Assembly: GCA_034665065.1 (NCBI GenBank)
Contig: JAXDGL010000014.1
Span: 4,916 to 68,915, forward strand
From: Thermoanaerobaculia bacterium
GTDB lineage: Bacteria; Acidobacteriota; Thermoanaerobaculia; Gp7-AA8
DNA length: 64,000 nucleotides
Direction: 5' to 3'
Notes under the pieces: model-generated
Seen by the model: only the letters and a program-made list of their open reading frames with translations
Told to the model about the DNA's origin: nothing
Databases searched by the model: none
Part shown: positions 38,877 to 48,040 of the stretch, piece after piece
Numbering within the stretch: the stretch's first letter is position 1
Layout: every line of letters starts with the position of its first letter
Made by a program: the position numbers and the translations under genes

Positions 38877-38883
38877 CGTCGGT

Positions 38884-40869
38884 CTAGTGCGCGCGCGAAT
38901 GGTAAATGATCCATGATCCGGAACGAGTTACCGGATCCCAGAACGGCGACTTGATTTCCCGATCGACGAGCAGATAGTCCGCTTCGCGGGCGATGCTGCC
39001 GGCAGCGATAGGGTTCGCCGGATCGCGCATGAACGCGGACCATAGCGCGACGCGTCCCGCCATGGAAGAGCCGGGCGCTGGAACAACAAATTGCTCGGTA
39101 TTCGGTGTGGGAAGCCAGACCCGACGCTCGGCGATCCAGAGCGTCGGCAGCACGTCGCGCATCGTCAGTCCGCCGGGGTCGGCCACAATCGAATCCTTTG
39201 GCGTGTTGTCACGGAGCCAAAGCAGCGCGTCGTAGTAATCGCGCGCCAGCGTCTCGCCGCGCGATCGCGATCCGGTGAGCCGGTAGAACGGAAACTGAAG
39301 GACATACGCGGACGTCTGCATTGCGCCAAGCACCATGAGCAGCATGGCGACAATCGTTTGCCAGCCCCGCATCGAGCCCGACATCCATCGATCGAACGTC
39401 ACCACGATGAGCGGCGCGAATGCAATCGCCAGCATCGAGCCGGTCTTCATCGAGAAGTCGATCTGGCCTGTCGGACTGCCGGCGACGTAGAGAAACGACG
39501 GCACTACGATCGACGTAACGATCAGAACATGAAGGAAGCGCAGCGGCTGCCTGCCGCCGAGAAGCAGCAGGCCCCATAGCGGAAGCATCCCGAGAATCAC
39601 GATGCGAAGGAACTGCCCGCGGTCGAACAGCACGGCCGCATGGCGCGCGCCGCCGGAGCCGAGCACATGGATGGCGACGAACATCGCGATCGAAGCGCCA
39701 CCGATCGCGATCGCCGCGATCAAAACGGTGACCGGCCGTGCGATCCGCCCCATCGCCAGCCAGAGAAGCAGCGCGGCCACGAGCGGTAAGAGCAACGTCA
39801 CGCTGTAGCCGGTCACCATCGACAACGCAATCGTTCCCAGAATTACGTCGAGAACGCGCCGCTCGCGATTCCATCGCTCCACGAACATCGCTGTCAGAAG
39901 AACGAGCACGAGCGCGAACGTGTTGTTCCCGAACACGATCATGCTGTTCACCGGCGCGAGAATCAGATGGTTCCGCTCGGGCATGGCCAAAGGGCCGAGA
40001 GGAAGCCGGGCCGCGAGCAGTTGGTAGTAGTAGAGAGAGAACGGCGCGAACAGGGTCACCACAACCGCCAACTGCACCGCACGGCGATGCAGCGTTGTGT
40101 TGAGCGAGGAGACCGCCTCAGTCACCGTATGAATCAGGAGCGCCGCCATCAGCAGATTGCCGAGAATGAGCGCGTTGCTCGCCGGAATCGACGCGCCGCA
40201 AAAGTCCGCCAACGTCGCCGGCAGCGTGAAGTAGAGCCAGTGATAGTTCATCGGCCCGCCGCCGGCGATGCTGTCCAGCGGCAGCATCGGTGACGCGCGC
40301 AACAACGCCACAACGGACACGAGATTGCCGAAGTCGATGGCGAATAGCCCATGAAACAGCACGTCGCGGCCCGACGAGGCTGCGTAGCCGAGCCACACGA
40401 GTGCGAACAGCAGAGGCAGAACGATCAGCACGACGAACCGGGAGCGCCTCAGCGCCGGGCCGAGCTCGTCGAACGTTGTCCTCACCTCGCCAAACTTTGC
40501 CGCTGCTCCGATGAGAATCAGACACCCTGCGATGTCCGTAACCGCCGGAAGAAACGGCAATGCCTTGCGCAGAAAAAACCAAGGTACGACGAGCATGACG
40601 ACGAGCGCGCTCGCCGCCGTGATCCGGAGATCGGCCGGCATCGCCCGAATGTGCGGGATGCGCAGAGCGAGAACGCCCGCAGGAAGAAGAAACCCCGCCA
40701 CGAACACGATGAAGACCGCCGCCGCCAACACGCTGCCTGCCAGGTCAACGAGAATGAGCGCATCGAGCAGGACGACCACGGCGATTAAAGCAGTCCTCGC
40801 CGCAGACGACGACGTTCGGACCTGCGCCAGCGATGAATCCGAAGGATTCATGAGCAGCCGGCCGCCCAT
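38884..40869 (-). CDS. Large polytopic membrane protein with a C-terminal periplasmic domain of about 130 aa; possible polymerase or GT-C-like protein
   Basis: 661 aa with more than 12 TM helices. Directly upstream of ACP-2 and the LbH acyltransferase. Confidence 0.55.
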   Translation of the reverse strand: MGGRLLMNPSDSSLAQVRTSSSAARTALIAVVVLLDALILVDLAGSVLAAAVFIVFVAGFLLPAGVLALRIPHIRAMPADLRITAASALVVMLVVPWFFLRKALPFLPAVTDIAGCLILIGAAAKFGEVRTTFDELGPALRRSRFVVLIVLPLLFALVWLGYAASSGRDVLFHGLFAIDFGNLVSVVALLRASPMLPLDSIAGGGPMNYHWLYFTLPATLADFCGASIPASNALILGNLLMAALLIHTVTEAVSSLNTTLHRRAVQLAVVVTLFAPFSLYYYQLLAARLPLGPLAMPERNHLILAPVNSMIVFGNNTFALVLVLLTAMFVERWNRERRVLDVILGTIALSMVTGYSVTLLLPLVAALLLWLAMGRIARPVTVLIAAIAIGGASIAMFVAIHVLGSGGARHAAVLFDRGQFLRIVILGMLPLWGLLLLGGRQPLRFLHVLIVTSIVVPSFLYVAGSPTGQIDFSMKTGSMLAIAFAPLIVVTFDRWMSGSMRGWQTIVAMLLMVLGAMQTSAYVLQFPFYRLTGSRSRGETLARDYYDALLWLRDNTPKDSIVADPGGLTMRDVLPTLWIAERRVWLPTPNTEQFVVPAPGSSMAGRVALWSAFMRDPANPIAAGSIAREADYLLVDREIKSPFWDPVTRSGSWIIYHSRAH

Positions 40870-40999
40870 CCGGAACGCTGGCGTCCTCGCCGGCTTGCCC
40901 GGCGGCGTCTCGCCGCCGAGTGTAGGACGGGCGCCGGGCGCCTTCTGCTTCGCTCACGGCAGGTGGCTGGACGACAGCGCTCCAGCGAGCAAGAAGGCG

Positions 41000-42148
41000 T
41001 CACGCGCTCGCTCCGGCACGCGGGCGCCACGACCGTATCCGGTCGATCACCCGGCTCTGATCCTCGTCCGTCAGGTTGTTGTAGAACGGGAGCCGCAGCA
41101 ATCGATCACTGGCGCTCTCCGCAACCGGACACTGTCCCTCACGTCCGCCGAAGTGCATCCCCATCTCCGAGGTGTTGAGCGGCAGGTAGTGAAATACAGC
41201 GTAGATCTCCTGCGCGCGCAGATGCGCGATCATCGACGTCCTCGCTTCGAGCGACTCGAACAGCAGGTAGAACATGTGAAAGGGCTGTTCGCAACCGTCG
41301 GGAACGGCCGGCCTCCTCACGCCGCAGCCGGCTGCCCAATCCGCAAGCTCGGCGTCATACCTCTCCCACACTCTCCGCCTCTTCCCCTGAATCACCTCGG
41401 CCTTCTCCATCTGGCCGACCAGATACGCCGCCAGCATGTCCGACGGCAGATAGCTCGATCCGATATCGACCCATGTGTACTTGTCGACCTGACCGCGAAA
41501 GAAGCGGCTGCGGTTCGTGCCTTTCTCGCGGATGATCTCCGCCCGCTCGATGAGCGCCGGATCGTTGATGACGAGCGCGCCCCCTTCCCCGCAGTTGATG
41601 TTCTTGGTTTCGTGAAAACTCTGTGTGGCCATCCGCCCGAACGTCCCCAACGGCCGCCCGTGGTATCTACCGAACAGACCATGCGCGTTGTCTTCGATGA
41701 CGTCGAGTCCATGGCGCCGGGCGATATCCATGATCGCATCCATCTCGCAGCCGACTCCTGCGTAGTGCACCGGCGCGATGGCGCGCGTGCGGGGCGTGAT
41801 CAGCGATTCGAGTTGCGCTTCGTCGATGTTGAGCGTGTCCGGCCGGATGTCCGCAAACACCGGCACCGCACCGCGCAGGACGAACGCATTGACGCCGGAG
41901 ACAAACGTGAACGAAGGAACGATGACTTCATCGCCGGCGCGGAGATCGAGCAGAATCGCCGCCATCTCCAGCGCATGCGTGCAGGAGGTCGTCAGCAACA
42001 CCTTCGGCGCACCGAGGATCGACTCCAGCATCGTGTTCCCGCGCTTGGTGAACGCGCCGTCGCCGGAGATGTGAAGCGCGGAAATCGCCTCTCGCACCAG
42101 ATCCAGCTCCCTCCCTTCGACAGCCGGCTTGTTGAACGGTATCGTCAT
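41000..42148 (-). CDS. DegT/DnrJ/EryC1/StrS-family sugar aminotransferase (WecE/ArnB-like NDP-4-keto-6-deoxyhexose transaminase)
   Basis: MTIPFNKP N-terminus and a PLP-lysine region (SFHETKNINCGEGGALV). The start is at the internal Met of the track ORF. Confidence 0.85.
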   Translation of the reverse strand: MTIPFNKPAVEGRELDLVREAISALHISGDGAFTKRGNTMLESILGAPKVLLTTSCTHALEMAAILLDLRAGDEVIVPSFTFVSGVNAFVLRGAVPVFADIRPDTLNIDEAQLESLITPRTRAIAPVHYAGVGCEMDAIMDIARRHGLDVIEDNAHGLFGRYHGRPLGTFGRMATQSFHETKNINCGEGGALVINDPALIERAEIIREKGTNRSRFFRGQVDKYTWVDIGSSYLPSDMLAAYLVGQMEKAEVIQGKRRRVWERYDAELADWAAGCGVRRPAVPDGCEQPFHMFYLLFESLEARTSMIAHLRAQEIYAVFHYLPLNTSEMGMHFGGREGQCPVAESASDRLLRLPFYNNLTDEDQSRVIDRIRSWRPRAGASA

Positions 42149-42337
42149 CCGCAATTGTTTGCCTCGCAAGACCTCCTAGAAGCCGAGAGCCAGAATCGCC
42201 CTTTCGAGTAATTGTACAGACTCGCGACTGACCGATGGGTTGCTAAGGGTCGAGTAGGTATATATTTGCACGTGCTGCAAGGCATTCATCGATCTTTTGG
42301 TACGAAGACCTCGAAACGGGGCGCTGCGCCGAGGCAA
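42149..42337. promoter_or_regulatory. Divergent promoter region between the aminotransferase gene and the GNAT gene, containing an AT-rich element
   Basis: AT-rich GTAGGTATATATTTGCACGTG in an otherwise GC-rich context, between divergently transcribed genes. Confidence 0.3.
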
Positions 42338-42904
42338 ATGGCAATCAGACAACCGATATCAGCGGAGACGCTGGAGGCAGGAGAAGTTTCCGTTCGCCTG
42401 CGACCAGTGGCACTCGACGACGCCGAGAGGATGTTCGCCTGGATGTGTGATCCTGATGTCCGCCGCAATGTAGGAGTGCGCGCTGAGCCGTCTCTCGAAG
42501 CTACATTGTCCTGGATCGACCGCGCGGAAGTCGATGAAGGTACGCTAGCGTGGGCTATCGAGGCCTCCGGCCGGCACGTCGGCAATTTAGTCCTCGACCA
42601 ACTCGATCCGATGGTTCAAAGCGTCAGGCTTTCCGTCTACATAGGGGAAAAGGATCTACGGAGCAAGGGTATTGCCGGAAAAGCGATCACGCTGGCGCTC
42701 ACTGATGCATTCGAACAGAGGGGAATCCAGAAAGTCTGGCTCACGGTCGTTATTGATAATACCTCAGCAATTCGTTGCTACCACCGCTGCGGATTCCGCA
42801 TCGAGGGCATCCTTCGACAAACCTTTTTCGCAGGTAACGCAATCAAGGACGCCTTCTATATGGGCATCACCCGCAGAGACTATGATTCGATGAATCCGGC
42901 ATGA
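42338..42904 (+). CDS. GNAT-family N-acetyltransferase (WecD-like candidate acting on the aminotransferase product)
   Basis: GNAT core (RSKGIAGKAITLALTDAFEQRGIQKVWLTVVIDNTSAIRCYHRCGF). The start is taken at the internal MAIRQ Met. Confidence 0.7.
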   Translation: MAIRQPISAETLEAGEVSVRLRPVALDDAERMFAWMCDPDVRRNVGVRAEPSLEATLSWIDRAEVDEGTLAWAIEASGRHVGNLVLDQLDPMVQSVRLSVYIGEKDLRSKGIAGKAITLALTDAFEQRGIQKVWLTVVIDNTSAIRCYHRCGFRIEGILRQTFFAGNAIKDAFYMGITRRDYDSMNPA

Positions 42905-43584
42905 GATGTGTAATTCTCCAGCCGTCCTACATTCCCTGGCGCGGCTACTTCGATCTCATCCGCCGCGCGGACGTCTTCGTATTCTACGACGATGTTCAGT
43001 ATGACAAGCACGGCTGGCGAAACAGGAACCGAATCAAGACCCCGCAAGGAACTCAGTGGATCACCATTCCCGTACGCAGTAAGTCGAACGTGGTCCAAGG
43101 GTTAAGCATCGGGGAAGTCCGAATCGCAGGGAACCACTGGGAACAAAAGCATCGACGAACTCTGACACAAAACTACAGGTCCGCGCCCTTCTTTGACGAC
43201 GAAATCCTGAACGAAATCTATGACGATCCGCCCGAACTGCTGTGTGAGTTGACGATCCGATCGACAATTGCACTCGCTCGACGGCTGGGCTATACCAATA
43301 CGCAATTCTTCCGTTCGTCGGACTTCGGCTTCAAGGACGGCCGGACTGATCGTTTGATTGCGATATTGCGGCACCTTGGTGCCACTGAGTACCTCAGCGG
43401 CCCGTCCGCAAGCGATTACATCGATCAGACAAAGTTCGACAGCGCCCGGATCAAACTTGAATGGATCCAATACGACTATCCGGAGTACCCTCAGCTATAT
43501 CCGCCGTTTGATCCATTGGTGTCCATCATCGACCTGATGTTCATGACCGGCCCAGACGCCGCCAGATTCATTTCCAGAATCTGA
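42901..43584 (+). CDS. WbqC-like family protein (function unknown; recurrently found in O-antigen loci)
   Basis: N-terminus MRCVILQPSYIPWRGYFDLI matches the WbqC-like family signature. ATGA overlap with the GNAT gene. Confidence 0.75.
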   Translation: MRCVILQPSYIPWRGYFDLIRRADVFVFYDDVQYDKHGWRNRNRIKTPQGTQWITIPVRSKSNVVQGLSIGEVRIAGNHWEQKHRRTLTQNYRSAPFFDDEILNEIYDDPPELLCELTIRSTIALARRLGYTNTQFFRSSDFGFKDGRTDRLIAILRHLGATEYLSGPSASDYIDQTKFDSARIKLEWIQYDYPEYPQLYPPFDPLVSIIDLMFMTGPDAARFISRI

Positions 43585-43699
43585 TAGCAATCATCTGCGT
43601 CATTTAGCGGTAGACCTCCGCCAGCCCGCACTGCCAGTCCTTGCAGTCTCGGCCAGGTAGATCGTCAAATTCATTTCGAAGATGCCGTCGCCGGATAGT

Positions 43700-44520
43700 C
43701 AGGAGATGACCCAACCAAACGTCGCTGATCATCTGCTGCCGAAGGTCTCCCACGTAGGAGTCCCCGTTCCATTCAGAGTCACACTGTGCGACTTGGCCAG
43801 TCCAAATGGATTGACATAGTCCGCATCATCCATGACAGGGGATGATTCGCTGAGCTGACGGCAGCGCGAGATTCTTTGCCGGAACGCCGACTCCCCCGCC
43901 AAGCTTCTGCCGCACTTTCACCGTGACTCAGGTGCCAATCCACTTTCTGCTTGAACAGTTCCTCCTCAATGCGCGTTCTCATCGAGGACGATGACTTGAA
44001 GAACACGCTCGAGCTCTGGCAAAAGCCCAGCACGTTTCGCCATCAGGATCGAATGCTCTCCTCAACGTCGCGAGACTCACCTCCAGCACGGATGCGATCG
44101 TACGTTTCCCGGGTTGCGGCGTCCAGGCCGACAATCAACTTTCGCAGGCCAGAAGCAGCCAGCAGCTTCATCGAACAGGGCCATGTTGCTGTTGAGGTAG
44201 ACCTTTGCCAGATTGCAACCCGCCTCGCCATAGTGGAGATACTCAAAAACCTCTGGGCCGTGGAGGAAAGACCTCTCCCATGATGGGAGTCTCAAACCTC
44301 AGAGTCAGGGGAGGTTTCCGCGATCTCGGCAATGAGCCGCTTGAAAAGGACAAAACTCCATGATGCCCGGGGGACGGGGTCGTTGATTTATACGGCACAT
44401 GACGCACGCTAGATTGCAGCCGGCCGTAAGTTCCAAAATGACAACTCGCGGAAAGTGGGAGTCTCCTCGATCCTCGGCCCGCGCATTCGAGCTGAGAATA
44501 CCGGCCTAGCAATTATTCTT
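43700..44520 (-). pseudogene. Decayed gene remnant; fragments weakly resemble a radical-SAM enzyme
   Basis: About 1 kb with no intact ORF over 110 aa. The minus-strand fragments sit in three different frames (..LVGLDAATRETYDRIRAGG.., ..GEAGCNLAKVYLNSNMALFDEAAG.., ..GVLSFSSGSLP..). GC is lower than the flanks. Confidence 0.25.
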
Positions 44521-44603
44521 CCGCTTCCGACGTCACACTGCAAGGCGACGCGCCCAACGGGGGCATGCCGAGTCACCTCGCTCGCGTCTTCCTCCGGATC
44601 GCT

Positions 44604-45764
44604 TTAGGCGTAAACTCTGTCCTCGCGAATCCCAACCGCGGCAAGATTCGAGCGCATGCGTTCGTGGTAGCAGGGATTGGCGGCAATAAACACCCGCGAT
44701 ACGCCGAGCTGCGGAATCGTACGGGATCCGCGAATCTCTAAGCCTTCCTTCCGGCTTCCCCAAATCAGCGGATTGTCGTCTAACAGATAGGCGATTGCGT
44801 CCGCGCGCCGCCCAGCGTTGCTTCGCGCCCAAAAGCCGAGTACGCCGAGTCCGTACAACGCCAACAGCTCGCCCGGCTCCGTCTCAATCAACATTCGGTC
44901 AAACGCATTGATGCTCGATCTTATCGCCGCCACGTGAGACTCCACGAGTGCTCGCGCGTCGGCAATCTCCACGGTCGTCACCGGGGGATCCTCGTGCCCA
45001 ACGACGAGATCCCACATCCAAACCCGCTCATTGCTGGCGTCGCGCCTCTCCAGGGCGAACCCGCACCGGCTATACAACTGATCGAGGGTCCCCGGAGTAA
45101 ACCGCGTGAGATGGTCAAAGACCAACAGATCGTCGGGCTTGGCAGCGAAATTTGGCACCCCAACGTATGCTCGGCCCCCTTCAGCAATTGCGCTGGCCAC
45201 CATCGAGAGAAACTCCAACGGCTGCGGAACGTGCTCGAGCACCCCACTGACAGCGACGAAGTCAAATCGCTGATCGCGGAATGGCGCGGTCTCGAACGTG
45301 CCTTCGTGAATGGACACGTCGGGCAAAATAGTCCTGAAGTACTCCGTTGCATGAAGGCTCGGCTCAACCGCATACGCCGACCACCCAGGGTGCTTCTTGA
45401 GGAACTTACCGAGAAGAATACCCTTACCGCAGCCAATCTCCAGAATTCTTCCGCTCGGGCCGAACTCCGTACGCTCGATGAACTCAAGAATGGCATCGCT
45501 CTCCCCACGTGCCCGGCCCTCCACATGCACGAGAAACTCGCTAAGCGCACTGTTACCATGGAGGTCGTACTCCTCTGCGTAGAATCGAGGAGCGTCGATG
45601 CGAGCACCACCCTGATTCCATACGGTACCGCATCGGTTGCAAAATCGGTTGTCTACCGGCACGGCAAATACCTGCCTGTCAGTCGACACTGACCGTTCCA
45701 CGCTAAAGACCGAGTCGTTGTCACCCGATCCACAGATCACGCAAAGAGCTCGCTCCGTAGTCAT
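44604..45764 (-). CDS. SAM-dependent methyltransferase with an N-terminal Cys4 zinc-binding domain and a C-terminal domain (NDP-hexose C-methyltransferase, TylCIII/TcaB9-like architecture)
   Basis: CVICGSG...CNRCG, motif I (ILEIGCGKG), and a C-terminal domain of about 130 aa after the MTase core. Confidence 0.7.
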   Translation of the reverse strand: MTTERALCVICGSGDNDSVFSVERSVSTDRQVFAVPVDNRFCNRCGTVWNQGGARIDAPRFYAEEYDLHGNSALSEFLVHVEGRARGESDAILEFIERTEFGPSGRILEIGCGKGILLGKFLKKHPGWSAYAVEPSLHATEYFRTILPDVSIHEGTFETAPFRDQRFDFVAVSGVLEHVPQPLEFLSMVASAIAEGGRAYVGVPNFAAKPDDLLVFDHLTRFTPGTLDQLYSRCGFALERRDASNERVWMWDLVVGHEDPPVTTVEIADARALVESHVAAIRSSINAFDRMLIETEPGELLALYGLGVLGFWARSNAGRRADAIAYLLDDNPLIWGSRKEGLEIRGSRTIPQLGVSRVFIAANPCYHERMRSNLAAVGIREDRVYA

Positions 45765-45767
45765 CGA

Positions 45768-46565
45768 TTACTCCGCTGGCTGTCTGAACTTCCGCTGATC
45801 GGGTGGAGCGTAATACTCATCGAGAGACGCCGGTACTTGACTCAGGAAACCAAGTTTTTGAAGAACGCGATCCGGCAAGCCCGTCAGATCGCGGCCGGCC
45901 AGCATTCGCGGGATATCAAGGCGCTGCTTCATAAAGGGACGGCACATATTAAGCGTTAAGGCGTGGCGCCACGCTGATGTCCTGTTTGTTCCGCCGCGAT
46001 GCCACGTGCGAGCGTTAAAATACCACACCGACCCGGCAGGAACGACCAGACGCTCAGCACCGGCAAGAAACTCTTCTTCGGAAGGCGCATCGACCCGCAT
46101 ATGAGACCGTGGCAAATAATACGTCGCGCCATTTTCTACGGTGAAATCGTCCAATGCGATCGTTACTCCGAGATTCGTTATGAACCCTGGAATCACGCGT
46201 GGACAATCCACATGAATGCGCGCCGAATAATTTGATTCGTGCGGCGGCATCGAGGAGGATGTGTACGCATAAATAATACAGCCTGGCCCTAGAATGTCGT
46301 CAATCACGTCCATCAACGGTGGATGATTAAGCAAGTCCAGAAAAACCCTACCGTGCATAAAGCAGGCAAGAACCATCCCATAATCGCCGTAGTCCGTCCC
46401 ACCGTGGTATCCGGCCTCGGCCACGATCGCAACTTGAAGTGCCTTCTTCAGTTCCTCTATTTGAGAACGGTCCAAGACACTTCGCTCCACAATGGACCCC
46501 TCCGCCTCAATGCGTGCTCGCCGCCCCGCACGACGTAGCTGGTCCCTTAAGCCGGGCGATGTCAT
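45768..46565 (-). CDS. PhyH-family Fe(II)/2-oxoglutarate-dependent dioxygenase
   Basis: HVDCP (HxD) and a distal WHRGGTNRT His, in a jelly-roll context. Confidence 0.75.
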   Translation of the reverse strand: MTSPGLRDQLRRAGRRARIEAEGSIVERSVLDRSQIEELKKALQVAIVAEAGYHGGTDYGDYGMVLACFMHGRVFLDLLNHPPLMDVIDDILGPGCIIYAYTSSSMPPHESNYSARIHVDCPRVIPGFITNLGVTIALDDFTVENGATYYLPRSHMRVDAPSEEEFLAGAERLVVPAGSVWYFNARTWHRGGTNRTSAWRHALTLNMCRPFMKQRLDIPRMLAGRDLTGLPDRVLQKLGFLSQVPASLDEYYAPPDQRKFRQPAE

Positions 46566-47509
46566 AGACGGTATTTGCTCCGAATCACATAGAGTGGGCG
46601 ACCCTGCACTTCCTTGAGGACTCGACCAATATAAATGCTTCCAAGTCCAGTCACGAGAATCTGTAAACCACCAAAGAACACGATCATCGATACGGTCGAT
46701 GCGTATCCGGGTTGATAATTAACAAGCCATAGTTTTTGAACAATTATCACACCCAGAGACAGAAATCCACATAAGGCGACAGCAAAACCAAACATTGCCA
46801 TGAGTCGCAAAGGAAGATCAGAAAAAGAGATGACAGATTCGATAGCCATCCTCAGTCGCGAGCGGAAGGAGTAACTGGAACGACCAACCTTCCGTTTTTG
46901 GTGGCGCACAGACACATATCCATGTTTGAACCCTAGCCAGCTCTCAAGCCCTGGGAGATACCGGGCGCGCTCCTCAAGAGAATTGTATGCTTCCACGAAC
47001 GTACGATTCATGACTCGCAACGTAGACACGTTTGTGGGAACACGTGCCCCAGTCAACCAGTTCAGAGTGTGCGCAAATGCCAAGGAAGTGATACGTCGGC
47101 TGAACGGCACATTCCGCGCACCATACAAACCGTAAACAATGTCGTGGTCGCCGTTTTCCAGAACCGCAAGAAGGTTCGGGATCTCGCCGGGGGGATCTTC
47201 CATGTCGACATTCAACATCCCCACGAAATTGCCGGATGCATGGTGATAGCCACAGGAGACGGCGATATGCTGGCCGAAATTCCGGCTGAGCGAGATACTC
47301 TTCGCGAACAAGAAGGTCTCACATACCTTGCGAAGCTGAATGTCGGAGTCGTCGCCGCTGCCATCGTTGACGAAGATCAGTTCCACTTGGGATGTGAGGT
47401 CGATGATCGAGAGGTACTGCTGGAAAACTTGCTCGAACTCTGCAGCGAACGCACGTGCCAGGCGGCCATCGTTGTAGATTGGGACGACGAATGAGTAACG
47501 GATGGTCAT
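46562..47509 (-). CDS. GT2 polyprenyl-phosphate sugar transferase (ArnC/GtrB/DPM1-like) with C-terminal TM helices
   Basis: YSFVVPIYND...IFVNDGSGDDS, a DxD motif and two C-terminal TM helices. GC is markedly lower, about 45%. Confidence 0.8.
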   Translation of the reverse strand: MTIRYSFVVPIYNDGRLARAFAAEFEQVFQQYLSIIDLTSQVELIFVNDGSGDDSDIQLRKVCETFLFAKSISLSRNFGQHIAVSCGYHHASGNFVGMLNVDMEDPPGEIPNLLAVLENGDHDIVYGLYGARNVPFSRRITSLAFAHTLNWLTGARVPTNVSTLRVMNRTFVEAYNSLEERARYLPGLESWLGFKHGYVSVRHQKRKVGRSSYSFRSRLRMAIESVISFSDLPLRLMAMFGFAVALCGFLSLGVIIVQKLWLVNYQPGYASTVSMIVFFGGLQILVTGLGSIYIGRVLKEVQGRPLYVIRSKYRL

Positions 47510-47674
47510 AAACAGGTGTGAGATGATAGACGAAATCACGTGCAGGAGGGCTGAGGTAGGAGGCGCCGGCGTAACTCACCCAACCTCCCACCCATCAGGA
47601 GCGCAGGCTTCGCACTCCGCGCCACCTTTCCTGGAGATCGTGCACACGCCCGCTGCGGCGCCGGAGAGTAGGGC

Positions 47675-48040
47675 ATGAACGGGCGAGTCCGACCTTCCTC
47701 ATTTCTTTTCCTTACTTTGGCAGTCGGATTTCAATCTGCAGCCGTGGTCTCGGGCAAGGCCGCCGCCATGCAAATGGGCACGCCAACATTGGGAGCGTTC
47801 CTGAGCAACAGATGGTACGTCGCAAGTCTCACTTGCCTCGTACTCCAGGCGCTTTTCTGGCAACTCGTGCTCCGCGAGGTTCGGCTCTTCGTCGCCTACC
47901 TGTTCTCGGGCTTCAGCTATTTCTTGGTACTGATCGCAAGTCACGTCATCTTCATGGAACATGTGACCGGTGCGAACTGGGCCGGGGTGCTTGCAATCAT
48001 CGTGGGGATTTCCCTCGTGATCAGGGAGGATGTCGCGTGA
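47675..48040 (+). CDS. Small 4-TM membrane protein (SMR/EamA-like; ArnE/ArnF-type flippase subunit candidate)
   Basis: 121 aa with four hydrophobic segments. Divergent from the ArnC-like gene. Confidence 0.5.
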   Translation: MNGRVRPSSFLFLTLAVGFQSAAVVSGKAAAMQMGTPTLGAFLSNRWYVASLTCLVLQALFWQLVLREVRLFVAYLFSGFSYFLVLIASHVIFMEHVTGANWAGVLAIIVGISLVIREDVA

